The translations under genes were made by a program, and so were the position numbers. Shown in pieces: positions 50,329 through 60,033 of a stretch of 64,000 nt of DNA. How positions within the stretch are numbered: position 1 is the first letter of the stretch; each line of letters starts with the position of its first letter. Location: positions 2,048,001 through 2,112,000 of the forward strand of contig CAWGVS010000005.1 of assembly GCA_963826115.1 (NCBI GenBank), given 5' to 3'. A model generated the notes under the pieces. The model ran no database searches. It was not told the DNA's origin and was given only the letters and a program-made list of their open reading frames with translations. This DNA comes from an uncultured Candidatus Rokubacteria bacterium. GTDB lineage: Bacteria; Methylomirabilota; Methylomirabilia; Rokubacteriales; DASRDR01.

Positions 50329-51270
50329 TCAGTAGCGGATCCTGGGATCCAGCATCGTGTAGAGAAGGTCGACGGCCAGGTTGATGAGGACGTAGACCGC
50401 CGAGAAGACCAGCACGACGCCCTGGATGATCGGATAGTCACGCCGCAGGATGGCGTCGACCGTGAGCCGGCCGACGCCGGGAATGGCGAACACGCTCTCG
50501 GTGATCACCGCCCCGCCGATGAGCAGGGCGACGCCGACGCCGATGGTCGTGGCGATCGGCACCGCGGCGTTCTTGAGCGCGTGGCCGACCAGGACCCGGA
50601 CGGCGGCCAGGCCCTTGGCGTGGGCGGTGCGGACGTAATCCTCGCTCAGCACCTCCAGCACCGTCGCGCGGGTCATGCGCGCGATGAGGGCGATGTAGAC
50701 GGTCCCCAGCGCCAGCGTGGGCAGGGTGATGCTCCGCAGGAATGGACCGAGGCCCTGGGCGATGGGCACGTAGCCCTGGACGGGAAACCACCGAAGCTGG
50801 ACGGCGCCGCCGTAGATCAGCAGGTAGCCGAGGACGAACACCGGGCAGGAAAAGCCGAGCACGGCCAGGAGCATGATCGCCTGATCGATCCAGGAGCCTG
50901 CCTTCCAGGCCGCGACCACACCCATGGGCACCGCCAGGGACACGGCCACGACCAGGGTCGCCACGCTGAGCGCCAGCGTCGGCTCCGCGCGCTGCCGGAT
51001 GAGCCGGCTGACGGGGACGTTCGAGAACACCGAGACCCCGAGGTCGCCGCGGAGGAGCTGCCCGACCCAGGTGACGAACTGGACGTGCAACGGAGCGCTG
51101 AGCCCGAGTCGCTCGCGGATGCGCTCGACGTCCTGCGCGGTGGCCAGATCTCCGGCGATCAGCGCGGCCGGGTCGCCCGGCGCCAGGTGGAGGAGCGCGA
51201 ACACAAAGAGCGCCACCACCCCCATCACCGGCACGGTGGCAAGGATCCGCCGGAGCAGATAGACGGCCAT
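50329..51270 (-). CDS. ABC peptide permease (DppB-like)
   Basis: APGDPA, EDYVRTAHAKGL, LDPRIRY. Confidence 0.92.
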   Translation of the reverse strand: MAVYLLRRILATVPVMGVVALFVFALLHLAPGDPAALIAGDLATAQDVERIRERLGLSAPLHVQFVTWVGQLLRGDLGVSVFSNVPVSRLIRQRAEPTLALSVATLVVAVSLAVPMGVVAAWKAGSWIDQAIMLLAVLGFSCPVFVLGYLLIYGGAVQLRWFPVQGYVPIAQGLGPFLRSITLPTLALGTVYIALIARMTRATVLEVLSEDYVRTAHAKGLAAVRVLVGHALKNAAVPIATTIGVGVALLIGGAVITESVFAIPGVGRLTVDAILRRDYPIIQGVVLVFSAVYVLINLAVDLLYTMLDPRIRY

Positions 51271-52925
51271 CAGGAGGCCGATCGAGGCGGGGCGGCGGCG
51301 GCGGTCAACCGTTCGAGCACGTTTGCCGTCACGCGCGAGACCGCCGGGTCCACCGGCATCGACGCGACGTAGGTGATCGAGCCGACCGAGAACACGGCGC
51401 CGCCGCGCGGGGTGTCCCGGTAGACGATCTCCGCGCCGCCGTCGTCGGGATTGAGGCCCTTGGCCAGCAGCATGGCCTCCGGGTGCGACGACGGGCTCAT
51501 CTTGTCGGTCTCGTGGCCGGAGGCGCCACCGGGCACGCGCTCGTGCAGGCTGGCCGCACCGAACACGTCGCCGTCCCGGAGACCGGTGCCGGCGAAGATC
51601 CAGTGGGAGGCGTCGCGCACCCGGTAGGGCGCGGCGGTCATGATCCCGGTGTCGGTCGTCACGACGCCGAGGAGACTCGCCTCGCTCTCGAGCGTCCGAT
51701 GCATGCGGCTCTCGAAATAGATGCGGGGATCCCGGGGGTCGCGCATGCCGAGCTCACCGTCGACGCTCAGGAGCTGGGTCTTGCACCGCATGGTCGCGGC
51801 GTCGAGCCACTCCACCTCGCAGTTGAGCCCGTTGCCGCCGAGGTACATGAGCCGGCCACCGCGCTCCTCGACCCACGCCTTCACGCCCGTCGTACATGCG
51901 CCGTGTCCAGTACTCCGGATGCACGCTGAGGACGAGCACCCGGTAGGCGTCCAGGTCGAGCAGCCCGTCGTCGAGCTGCGTCTCCGCATAGAGGTCGTAA
52001 GGATACCCCTCGCGCTCCAGCCACGCCGAGCAGGCGCCACTCGGCCGGGGCCATGCCGCAGGCCAGGCGGCCGCGGATGGGGTCCGTCACCTGCATCTCC
52101 TCCGGGACGTGATTGCCCATCTCGGGTCGCTCGAAGGAGAGCGGCGCGTACGCCGCGTCGGGAGCGGCCCACACGTTGAACGCGCCGCTCTCCGTGTAGC
52201 GCGGCAGGTCCAGGCGGGCGTTGACGATCGGGCGCTCGGGCAGCCGGTCGGCGTTGATGTAGTTGCTGCGGCCCCCGAAGTTGTTGTAGGCGTTCCAGGT
52301 GTTGTTGGAGGCCAGGACCGCAATCGGGGCCTGCGGCCGGGCCGGCGCCACGACCCACGGGAACGAGAAGAAGGCCCCCGACCATTCCCCCTTCGCGTGC
52401 ACGTAGTAGAGCCCGGAGCGCTCCGGGCCGGTCACCAACTGGGTGTGGTGCGGGTTCCCGTATCCGCTGCCGGTTCCACTGGACGCCGGTCTGCGTGTAG
52501 TCGCCGTCCGGCGTGATCTGCATCGTCGGCGCGTGGCCCGTGCTCGTCGAACCAGCCGATCATGCGCACGAATTCCTTCTGCAGCCCGTAGCGCCACAGC
52601 GTCAGCCGGTACGGCTCGACGGAGTGGACGCGGAACTCCGACCGCTCGCCCGCGCGGCACCACTTCGGCCACACGTATCCGAGGAGGCGGTCGGCCAGCA
52701 GGCGGAACTGGTATGGCCTCCGGGGTCGGCGGACACCGTGACGCTCTTCGAGCCGAACCCGTCCTTCGCCAGCGTCACGCGGTACTCGCCCGGCCCGAGA
52801 TCGGCACGGATGGCGCCGCGAGGCGACGAGCGCACCACGGCGACGCTCTGGCCGTCCCGCTCGATCTCGACCAGCGCGTCCGCGATGGCCATGTAGCGTT
52901 CGTCGCTCACGTATCCGAGCAGCAT
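51270..52925 (-). CDS. N,N-dimethylformamidase large-subunit-like protein with N-terminal carboxypeptidase-regulatory-like domain; several frameshifts
   Basis: NTWNAYNNFGGRSNY, PLSFERP, HPEYWT, LMYLGGNG, GHETD, GAVFSVGSITY. Confidence 0.75.
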
Positions 52926-53082
52926 CGACAGCTTTCTCCGGCGCGACGCCGTCGCATCGGTGCCCGCATGGGGAATCGCCGCCATTGGCTCGATCCGGGG
53001 CGGCGCAAGGTGGCTCCCGAGGCTACCCCAGGTCGTCGGCGGCGTTCAAGGTGGATCGGACGGGCCGGCGGCACAGGCCCAC

Positions 53083-54168
53083 CTACGGGCGGCCCGCGTC
53101 CAGCTCCTTCGCGAGCTCCTCTCGTTGAGCGCTGACCTCGGCGGGGACGTCGCCGTAGACGTGGTCAAACATGTCGATGAGGCGCGCCGCCCGCATTCTC
53201 GCCTCGGCGCGCTCGATGGCGGCTCGCACCTCGGCGTCCACCTCCGCCTCGAACCGAGCATGCAACGCGTCATCGACGAGACCCTTCGTCTCGAGATAGC
53301 GGCGGAGGCGCGGGAGCGGCTCCCGCGCCTCCCACGCCGCGACCTCGGCATCCTCGCGATACTTCCTCGGATCGTCGGCGGTCGAGTGAGGCGTCAGGCG
53401 GTACGTCACGGCCTCGATGAGCGTGGGGCCGCCGCCCTCGCGGGCCCGCGCGACCGCCTCCCGCGTGACGGTGACCATGGCCAGGAGGTCGTTGCCGTCG
53501 ACCTGGATCCCCGGAAGGCCGTAGGCCAGGGCCCGGTGCGCGAGCGTCTTGGCCCGCGTCTGCCTCGACCGGGGGATCGAGATCGCCCACTGGTTGTTGA
53601 CACACACGAAGACGATGGGCGCCTGGAAGCTGCCCGCGAAGTTCATCGCCTCCTGGGTGATCCCTTCGGAGCTGGCCCCGTCGCCGAAGTAGCAGAGGAC
53701 GACGCTGTCCTCCCGCCGGGCGCGGGCGGCGCACGCCAACCCGACGGCGTGAGGGACGTGAGTACCCATCGGGACGCAGACCGGCAAGTCCCGGATGCCC
53801 GCGGGGACGGAGGTGCCTTCCGAGAGGCCCGCGTAGAGGAGGATGAGGCTCTCGAGCGGCCAGCCCCGCCAGACGTAGGCGGCCCACTCGCGCCAGACGG
53901 GAACGAGCCAGTCGGTCGAGCGCAGGGGATACACGCTGCCGAGAACCGCGGCCTCGTGTCCGCGTGCCGGCAGATAGGTGCCGATCCGGCCCTGACGCTG
54001 GAGGAGGAGCATGCGCTCGTCGAACCGGCGTGCGAGCAGGAAGGTCCGGTAGAGGCGCCGGAGGTCGTCGGGTGGGATCAGCGGCTCGAGGTCACGGTCC
54101 AGCTGTCCGTCCTCGTCGAGGATCGAGAGGGCGGCGATCGGGTCCAGGTCGATTCGCTGGCGCGGCAT
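53083..54168 (-). CDS. pdhA: Pyruvate/2-oxoacid dehydrogenase E1 alpha subunit
   Basis: LQRQGRIGTY, FGDGASSEG, NNQWAIS, VDGND, YRLTPHSTADDP. Confidence 0.9.
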   Translation of the reverse strand: MPRQRIDLDPIAALSILDEDGQLDRDLEPLIPPDDLRRLYRTFLLARRFDERMLLLQRQGRIGTYLPARGHEAAVLGSVYPLRSTDWLVPVWREWAAYVWRGWPLESLILLYAGLSEGTSVPAGIRDLPVCVPMGTHVPHAVGLACAARARREDSVVLCYFGDGASSEGITQEAMNFAGSFQAPIVFVCVNNQWAISIPRSRQTRAKTLAHRALAYGLPGIQVDGNDLLAMVTVTREAVARAREGGGPTLIEAVTYRLTPHSTADDPRKYREDAEVAAWEAREPLPRLRRYLETKGLVDDALHARFEAEVDAEVRAAIERAEARMRAARLIDMFDHVYGDVPAEVSAQREELAKELDAGRP

Positions 54169-54171
54169 GCT

Positions 54172-55021
54172 CTAGGGCTCGACGGGTACGTCGTCGCGGC
54201 CGCCCCATTCGGTCCAGGACCCGTCGTAGACGGCGACGTCCGGGCGCCCGGCGAGATCGAGTCCCAGGGCGAGGACGCAGGCCGTCACTCCCGAGCCGCA
54301 CGACGTCACGATGGGCCGGTCGAGCTTCACGCGAGCCGCCTCGAACACCCGTCGGAGGTCCGCCTGCGGGAGCAGCGTCCCGTCCGGTCGGAAGAGCCGA
54401 TCGTAGGGCAGGCTCAGGCTTCCGGGAATGTGTCCTCCGCGGAGGCCAGGGCGCGGCTCGGGCTCGGTGCCCGCGAAGCGGCCGGCCGATCGGGCATCCA
54501 CGACCTGCGCGAGCCCCGTCCCCAGGTTGCGGCGGACGCCGTCCAGGTCCGTCACGAGCCCGGGATGGAAGCGCGCGGTGAAGTGGCGGCGCACCGGGGT
54601 GGGCTCTCCCGCCTCGACGGGCCGGCCTTCCTCCCGCCATCGCGGGAAGCCACCGTCGAGGACGGCCACGCGATCATGTCCGAACACGCGCAAGGTCCAC
54701 CACACGCGGGCCGAGGCGGTCAGGTGCTTCCCGGCATACACCACCACCCGGTCGTCGTCGCCGATGCCGAGGGCGCCCGCCGCCTCGGCGAAGGCTGCCG
54801 CGTCGGGCAGCATGTGAGGGAGCCCTCGCTCCCGGTCGGCGATCGCGTCGATGTCGAAGTAGACGGCGCCGGGAATGTGGGCCGGCGACGAACTCCGCCC
54901 GCGCGTCGCGCCGGAGCTGTGGCATGTACCACGTCGCGTCCACGATGCGGAGAGCGGGGGCGCCCAGATGGTCGGCGAGCCAAGCCGTGCTCACCACGGG
55001 GCCGAAGCTCGTGTCCGTCAT
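54172..55021 (-). CDS. sseA: 3-mercaptopyruvate sulfurtransferase (frameshift near 54885)
   Basis: VSTAWL, DATWYMP, DARSAGRF, GHIPG, SCGSGVTA, YDGSWTEW. Confidence 0.88.
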
Positions 55022-55116
55022 CGCGCGTTCCCCTCCGGGTCGAAGCGTCACGCCCGATTATGGCACGGAGGTGGCCGCGGCGCGGGCGGCCGCCAGGGTC
55101 GCCCGGCGCGCGATGG

Positions 55117-55791
55117 TTAGCCGGCCGGTGCGGAGGCGAGCAGGCCTCCGAAGATCCGCCGACCGAGCTCGAATGCCTCGGCGAGGAGCAGCCCCGCCCC
55201 GTCGCCGTCCGGCGTCTCGCGGCGCCACTCCGCGAGCTCCTCTTCCGACCGGAAGAAGTTGAGGCGGGTTCAGAGGAAGCCCGAGAGGCGGTCGCCGCCC
55301 CATCGACTCCGCTCGACCCACGCGAGGCTTCCGGGGGGAGCCTGGCGGGGACCGGCCACCGGATCGACGTCGAAGACCAGCGGGGCGCGGCTCCGGTGAC
55401 AGCGCGACCTGAGCGTCACCGGACTCCCGGTCATCGGCGCGACGCCGAGGGCGTCGATCGCGCAGCACGCATAGCGCGTGCGGCCACCGGGAAGCACCAC
55501 CGCGAAGTCGTTCGGCTCGGCCGTGAACGGGTACGCGAGCGTGACGCGGTCTCCATCCAGCCCGATCAGGTCCGCGGCGTCGAGCGACGCCGCTCGCGCT
55601 CGGAGCGCCTCGGGCCCGAGCCCCGCACCAGCCAAGCACACGGCTTCGAGGGCAACCGGCCCGCCGGCCTCCACGAACTCTCGCCAGATGGCGCGGAGCA
55701 GCGGATCGTCCCGCTGTGCCCGCCGGGCCGCCCATTCCCCCGCCCGCTCGGGCGTGAGGATCTCGGCGGCGGTCCGGATCTCGACTCTCAC
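55117..55791 (-). CDS. merB: Predicted selenoprotein: MerB-like organomercurial/organometal lyase (Sec TGA at 55270-55272, residue 174 of 224)
   Basis: [17 protein letters not shown]; readthrough gives [20 protein letters not shown]...[11 protein letters not shown], matching the MerB C-terminus; GTGA overlap with upstream gene. Confidence 0.85.
55239..55258 (-). promoter_or_regulatory. Candidate bacterial SECIS hairpin
   Basis: CTTCTTCC-GGTC-GGAAGAGG 8-bp stem starting 11 nt 3' of the UGA, loop starting GG. Confidence 0.7.
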
Positions 55792-57401
55792 GCCCCCGAG
55801 CTTCGCACGACGCCGGCCGCCCGGGCGAGCCGTCCGGCGAGCGCGCCGGCGCCGAGGCAGACCACGGCGACCCAGATCGCTCCGCCCACCAGGGGCAGCA
55901 CGGTCGCAAGCGTGACGAGGGCCAGGCCGAGCACCAGCGCCCGCAGCGCGTCGCGTCTCGGGTCGCCGCGCGGCCGGAGCAGCGCCTTCCCGACGGCGAG
56001 ACCGACCACGATCTTCGCCGCGTAGAGACCCAGGAGGTAGAGCCCGAGGAGGACCAGCGCCAGCGGAAGGCCGACGAGGGTCACGGCGAGGAGCAGTATC
56101 AGGACGGGGCCCCCGACGAGGGTCGCCACACCCCACCCGAGGGATCGCTTCCAGCTCCGCACCCCGTTGGCGCTCTCGACGACCAGGCCAGGCACGAACA
56201 GGAGCGCGGCCCAGCCAAGGAGCGCCGCGCCAAAGAAGCTCGTCGCCGCCCAGAACCACGCGCGCGGCTCTCCATACCACCCGGCGGCGCGCGATGCCAC
56301 GCGCGTCAACACCGGGCCTGTCACGGTCGCGCCGCCGTCGACGGTCACGGCCGACGGTCGGACGACGTCGGCCCGGACCGTCCCCTCGAGACGGGCCGGC
56401 GCCCTCACCACGAGCCGGTCCCCACGGAAGCGGAGGTCCCGGCGGACGCGGCCGCTCACCTCCGCGTCGTGAGCCACGATCGTCGCGCCGCGTCCGATCT
56501 CGCCGCCGAGCGACAGGCTCCGACCGGCGAGCGTGAGGTCGCCCCCGACGCTTGCGCCGGGCTCGATCACCGTCACGCGGTCGGCGGCATAGAGCCCCCG
56601 GCCGACTCGGCCCCGGACAGTCAAGGAGCCGGCGGCGGCATAGACACTGCCCTCCACCCTGCCGGTCACCTCCACGGTTCGCGCCACGACCACGAGGTCG
56701 CCGCGGACCGTCCCGCGCACGTCGACCTGCGCCGCGGCGACGATCAGGTCACCATCGATCGTCCCGTCGACCCGAACGCTCTCGGCGGCGGCGACCAGCG
56801 TCGCGTCGACCGTTTCCCCTGCCGCGATCGCCACGTCCCTCCCGCTCCGTGTCTCCAGCGCCTCGGCGGGCGGCGAGGCAACCCCCGCAGCGGCTCCGAG
56901 AGCCAGCGCGAACGCCGCGAGCGCGCGCGGGGGAGTCCGCCCGAGGTAGAGCCCGCCCGCAAGGGCCAGCCCGATCATCATGGTGATCGCTCCTGTCGCG
57001 AGCGCGAGCTCCAGCGTGGCGGCGTTCGTCACGACGAAGAGCACGCCCTCCACGGCGAGGCCGATCCAGTCACCCGGAAGGTCGCCCCACCCGGCGAGGC
57101 GCCCGACGCCCGCGGCGCCCAGCAGCGCGGCCAGAGTGAGCCCCCACGCGCCGGCGCGTCGCCCGTTCGTCGGCGCGCCCAGACGCCCGAACATCGACGC
57201 GGGCCGCCCCGCCGGCGCGAGCGCCGTCTGCTCGCCGAAGGCCGCGCCGAGGATCCGGTTCTCCTCGCGAAGCGCCGCGACCAGCGCCTGGCAACGCGTG
57301 CACTCGGCCAGATGACGTTCAGCGGCCCGCGCTTCCTCCGGGGACAGCTCCCCATCCGCATACACCGCACAGGTGAGCTCGCTCAGGCACGTCATCGTCA
57401 A
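55788..57401 (-). CDS. Zinc-binding anti-sigma factor fused to polymer-forming (bactofilin-like) repeats and multi-pass membrane domain
   Basis: HLAECTRC (HxxxCxxC), TM segments, repeated (V/I)xGx(V/I)xGD motifs, C-terminal TM helices. Confidence 0.85.
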   Translation of the reverse strand: MTMTCLSELTCAVYADGELSPEEARAAERHLAECTRCQALVAALREENRILGAAFGEQTALAPAGRPASMFGRLGAPTNGRRAGAWGLTLAALLGAAGVGRLAGWGDLPGDWIGLAVEGVLFVVTNAATLELALATGAITMMIGLALAGGLYLGRTPPRALAAFALALGAAAGVASPPAEALETRSGRDVAIAAGETVDATLVAAAESVRVDGTIDGDLIVAAAQVDVRGTVRGDLVVVARTVEVTGRVEGSVYAAAGSLTVRGRVGRGLYAADRVTVIEPGASVGGDLTLAGRSLSLGGEIGRGATIVAHDAEVSGRVRRDLRFRGDRLVVRAPARLEGTVRADVVRPSAVTVDGGATVTGPVLTRVASRAAGWYGEPRAWFWAATSFFGAALLGWAALLFVPGLVVESANGVRSWKRSLGWGVATLVGGPVLILLLAVTLVGLPLALVLLGLYLLGLYAAKIVVGLAVGKALLRPRGDPRRDALRALVLGLALVTLATVLPLVGGAIWVAVVCLGAGALAGRLARAAGVVRSSGA

Positions 57402-57970
57402 GCCCTCTCATCCAGATCCGCGAGCAGCCGGCGCAGAGCCTGCTTGCCGCGGAAGATCAGGATTGCCACGTGGTTGCGCGTCACCCCGAGCTGGCTCGCG
57501 ATCTCCTCGTAGCCCAGCTCGCCGTAGTAGCGGAGGGCCAGCGACACTCGGTACCGCTCGGGCAGACGCTGAAGGGCCCTACGGACCCGATCCCGCCCCT
57601 CGTCGGTCAGCACGGTCGCGAGGGGCGACGGCCCGCCCTCTCCTTCCGCCGCCCCGCCGTCGGCCTCGTCCCACTCCGCGGCGAACAGCCGGGACTCGAG
57701 CCGGCGGCGCCGGAGCACGTCGAGGCAGTGGTGGCTCGTCACGCTGAGGAGCCAGCGGTCGAAGGGGAGGGCCGGCTCGTACCGGCCGATCGCGTGCGGC
57801 AGGCGGAGGAATACGTCGCTCCGGGCATCCTCGGCCGCATCCGGGGAGCCAAGGATGTGGCGGCAGAGACCCAGCACGCGCCGCCCGAATTCCTGGTAGA
57901 GCTCGGCGAAGCCCTCGCGCTCTCCGCGCCGGGCTCGCTCGACGGCCCCCGCCACCTCGGTCGAGTTCAT
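57398..57970 (-). CDS. ECF RNA polymerase sigma factor
   Basis: DAAEDARSDVF, FDRWL, LPERYR, YEEIASQLG; GGAGG RBS; ATGA overlap with anti-sigma. Confidence 0.92.
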   Translation of the reverse strand: MNSTEVAGAVERARRGEREGFAELYQEFGRRVLGLCRHILGSPDAAEDARSDVFLRLPHAIGRYEPALPFDRWLLSVTSHHCLDVLRRRRLESRLFAAEWDEADGGAAEGEGGPSPLATVLTDEGRDRVRRALQRLPERYRVSLALRYYGELGYEEIASQLGVTRNHVAILIFRGKQALRRLLADLDERA

Positions 57971-57986
57971 GGTCCTCCGACGAGTC

Positions 57987-58013
57987 TACGAACCGGCCCC
58001 CCCGGGAGTTACA
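57987..58013 (-). promoter_or_regulatory. ECF-type promoter TGTAAC-N17-CGTA (putative autoregulation of the sigma operon)
   Basis: Resembles AAC...CGT ECF promoter consensus; lies 16 nt upstream of the sigma ATG. Confidence 0.7.
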
Positions 58014-58063
58014 CGGGGACCCGCGCCTACGGTCACCCGGGCCTCGTGGCCGGCGGCCCCGGC

Positions 58064-58090
58064 CGTAACGGGGCGGGGCGCCCGTCCGTA
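58064..58090 (+). promoter_or_regulatory. ECF-type promoter CGTAAC-N17-CGTA for the divergent desaturase operon
   Basis: Same GTAAC/CGTA boxes and same spacing as the opposite-strand copy. Confidence 0.65.
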
Positions 58091-58144
58091 TGACTGTACG
58101 AGCGCCCGATCGGGGCCCAGCTAGCCAACCAGGAGGAAACGCGC

Positions 58145-58972
58145 ATGTCTTTCGAACGCATCCTGACGGACTACGGAGAGCCTCTGCAATACGTGACCTA
58201 TTTCGGTCTGCTGGCAGGACTCGGCGCGATGGAGGCCGTGGCCCCTCGATGGAACGGCCCGGCGGAGCGCACGCGTCGGTGGCCGGCGAACTTCGGCCTG
58301 ACGGCGCTCAACATCGTGGTGCTGGGAGCCCTGCCGGTCAGCGGTCTGGCGGTGGCCGCCATCGCCCGGCAGCAGGGCTGGGGGATCCTCCAGCGCTACC
58401 CCTTGCCCCCCGCCGCCACGCTCGGGGTGGCGCTCCTCGCGCGAAGCCTCGTCTCGTACGCGGTCCACGTGGCGATGCACAAGGTGCCCGCGCTGTGGCG
58501 CGTGCATCGTGTCCATCACACCGACGTGTTCCTGGACATCTCGACGACCGTCCGGTTCCATCCGCTCGAGTTCCTGATCCAGCTCGGGCCGACGGCCCTC
58601 GTCATCCTGGGCCTCGGCCTGCCGCCGTGGACGATCATGCTCTACGAGCTGGTCGATACGGCGACGAACCTCTTTATCCACGCGAACGCCCGGGTGCCGG
58701 CCCGCCTCGACGCCGGGCTCCGCCTCCTCCTCGTCACCCCGGACATGCACCGGGTCCATCACTCGGCCCTCGGGCCCGAGACGGACTCGAACTACGGGGT
58801 GGTCCTGCCGTGGTGGGATCGGCTCTTCGGCACCTACCGCGCCGCCATCGGCGCCCCCCGGGACACGCGGCTCGGCCTCGAGGAGTGCCAGGATCGGCGG
58901 GCATCGTCACTCGGCTGGCTCCTTGCGCTCCCGTTCCGGGGGCGTCTCGAGCGCGTGGCGGAGCGCACCTGA
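58145..58972 (+). CDS. Sterol desaturase/fatty acid hydroxylase family protein
   Basis: HVAMH, HRVHH, RFHPLE, HAN, HRVHHS, SNYG. Confidence 0.92.
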   Translation: MSFERILTDYGEPLQYVTYFGLLAGLGAMEAVAPRWNGPAERTRRWPANFGLTALNIVVLGALPVSGLAVAAIARQQGWGILQRYPLPPAATLGVALLARSLVSYAVHVAMHKVPALWRVHRVHHTDVFLDISTTVRFHPLEFLIQLGPTALVILGLGLPPWTIMLYELVDTATNLFIHANARVPARLDAGLRLLLVTPDMHRVHHSALGPETDSNYGVVLPWWDRLFGTYRAAIGAPRDTRLGLEECQDRRASSLGWLLALPFRGRLERVAERT

Positions 58973-59015
58973 GATGCAACGCTCAACGCCCTGCCCCGTG
59001 ACGGAGGGTCTCGAC

Positions 59016-59537
59016 ATGCCCCCTGATCCGGTCGCCCATGCTGGTCCGTCCGCCACGACGAGCGTCGCCGACGACCATCCTGGCGTCGTCGCGCGGCCGC
59101 CCCGGATCGCCTACCTCTTCCTGGGGATCGGAGCGATCCTGGGATGGGTCAGGCCTCTTGCCCTTTTGCCGCTCGGCTCACCGGCGGCCCTCCGTTACGG
59201 CGTCGGCGGCGCGCTCGTCGGCCTGGCCCTGGCCGCCATGGCCCTGGCCCTCCGAGCCTTCCGGCAGGCGGGAACCAACGTCGAGACGCCCAAGCCGGCG
59301 ATCGCGCTCGTGACCGGCGGGATCTACGCCTGGTCGCGGAATCCGATGTACGTCGCCCTCGCGCTCCTCTTCGCGGGCATCGCCGTGCTCGCCGACAGCG
59401 GCTGGCTCGCGCTGCTCCTCGTCCCTTACGTGGCCGTCCTGAGGGTCGGTGTGATCGCGCGCGAGGAGCGCTACCTCGACCGGAAGTTCGGGGCGCCCTA
59501 CCGTGTCTATCGCGCGAGCGTCCGGCGGTGGCTCTGA
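59016..59537 (+). CDS. Isoprenylcysteine carboxyl methyltransferase/PEMT family membrane protein
   Basis: LVTGGIYAWSRNPMY, REERYL, VRRWL. Confidence 0.9.
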   Translation: MPPDPVAHAGPSATTSVADDHPGVVARPPRIAYLFLGIGAILGWVRPLALLPLGSPAALRYGVGGALVGLALAAMALALRAFRQAGTNVETPKPAIALVTGGIYAWSRNPMYVALALLFAGIAVLADSGWLALLLVPYVAVLRVGVIAREERYLDRKFGAPYRVYRASVRRWL

Positions 59538-59568
59538 GCGGCTCGGGCAGGTCTAGAATGAGAGGGCG

Positions 59569-60033
59569 ATGCGCGAGTACCAATACCGAGTCGACGCCGA
59601 GGGGCGGGTATTCCACGACGGAAGCGAGGTTCTCGACCCCCTGACGCTCCGCTTCTTCCTGCGCGCCATGACGCGCACGCCTGAGGGACGCTGGCTCGTG
59701 GTGTGCCAGGGGGAGCGGAACTGGTTCGAGTCCGAGGGCACCCCCTTCGTCGTGCAGCGGGTGCGGCCCGTCCTCCGCGAAGGGGCGCTGGACGGCCTCG
59801 AGCTCGTCCTGGCCGGCGACCACCGGGAGCCGCTCGACCCGGCCACGCTCGAGAGCGAGGGGGGCCGACTCTGCTGCCGGGTCCGGCGCGGCGCGTTCCC
59901 GGCGCGGTTCGGCCGCCTCGCGCTCCAGCAGCTGGGCGCCCATCTCCGCGACGAGGACGGGCGGCCCGCCCTCGTTCTTGGCGGCGGCCGCCACATCATC
60001 ACCGACCATGAAAGGACTCCCGAGCTCACATGA
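59569..60033 (+). CDS. Hypothetical protein (DUF1285-like)
   Basis: VDAEGRVFHDG, TPFVV, EPLDP, ARFGR pattern. Confidence 0.65.
   Translation: MREYQYRVDAEGRVFHDGSEVLDPLTLRFFLRAMTRTPEGRWLVVCQGERNWFESEGTPFVVQRVRPVLREGALDGLELVLAGDHREPLDPATLESEGGRLCCRVRRGAFPARFGRLALQQLGAHLRDEDGRPALVLGGGRHIITDHERTPELT

Noticed and set aside
52960-56025. 1021-aa plus-strand ORF
   Set aside because: Antisense to pdhA, sseA and the merB-like gene; no domain signal
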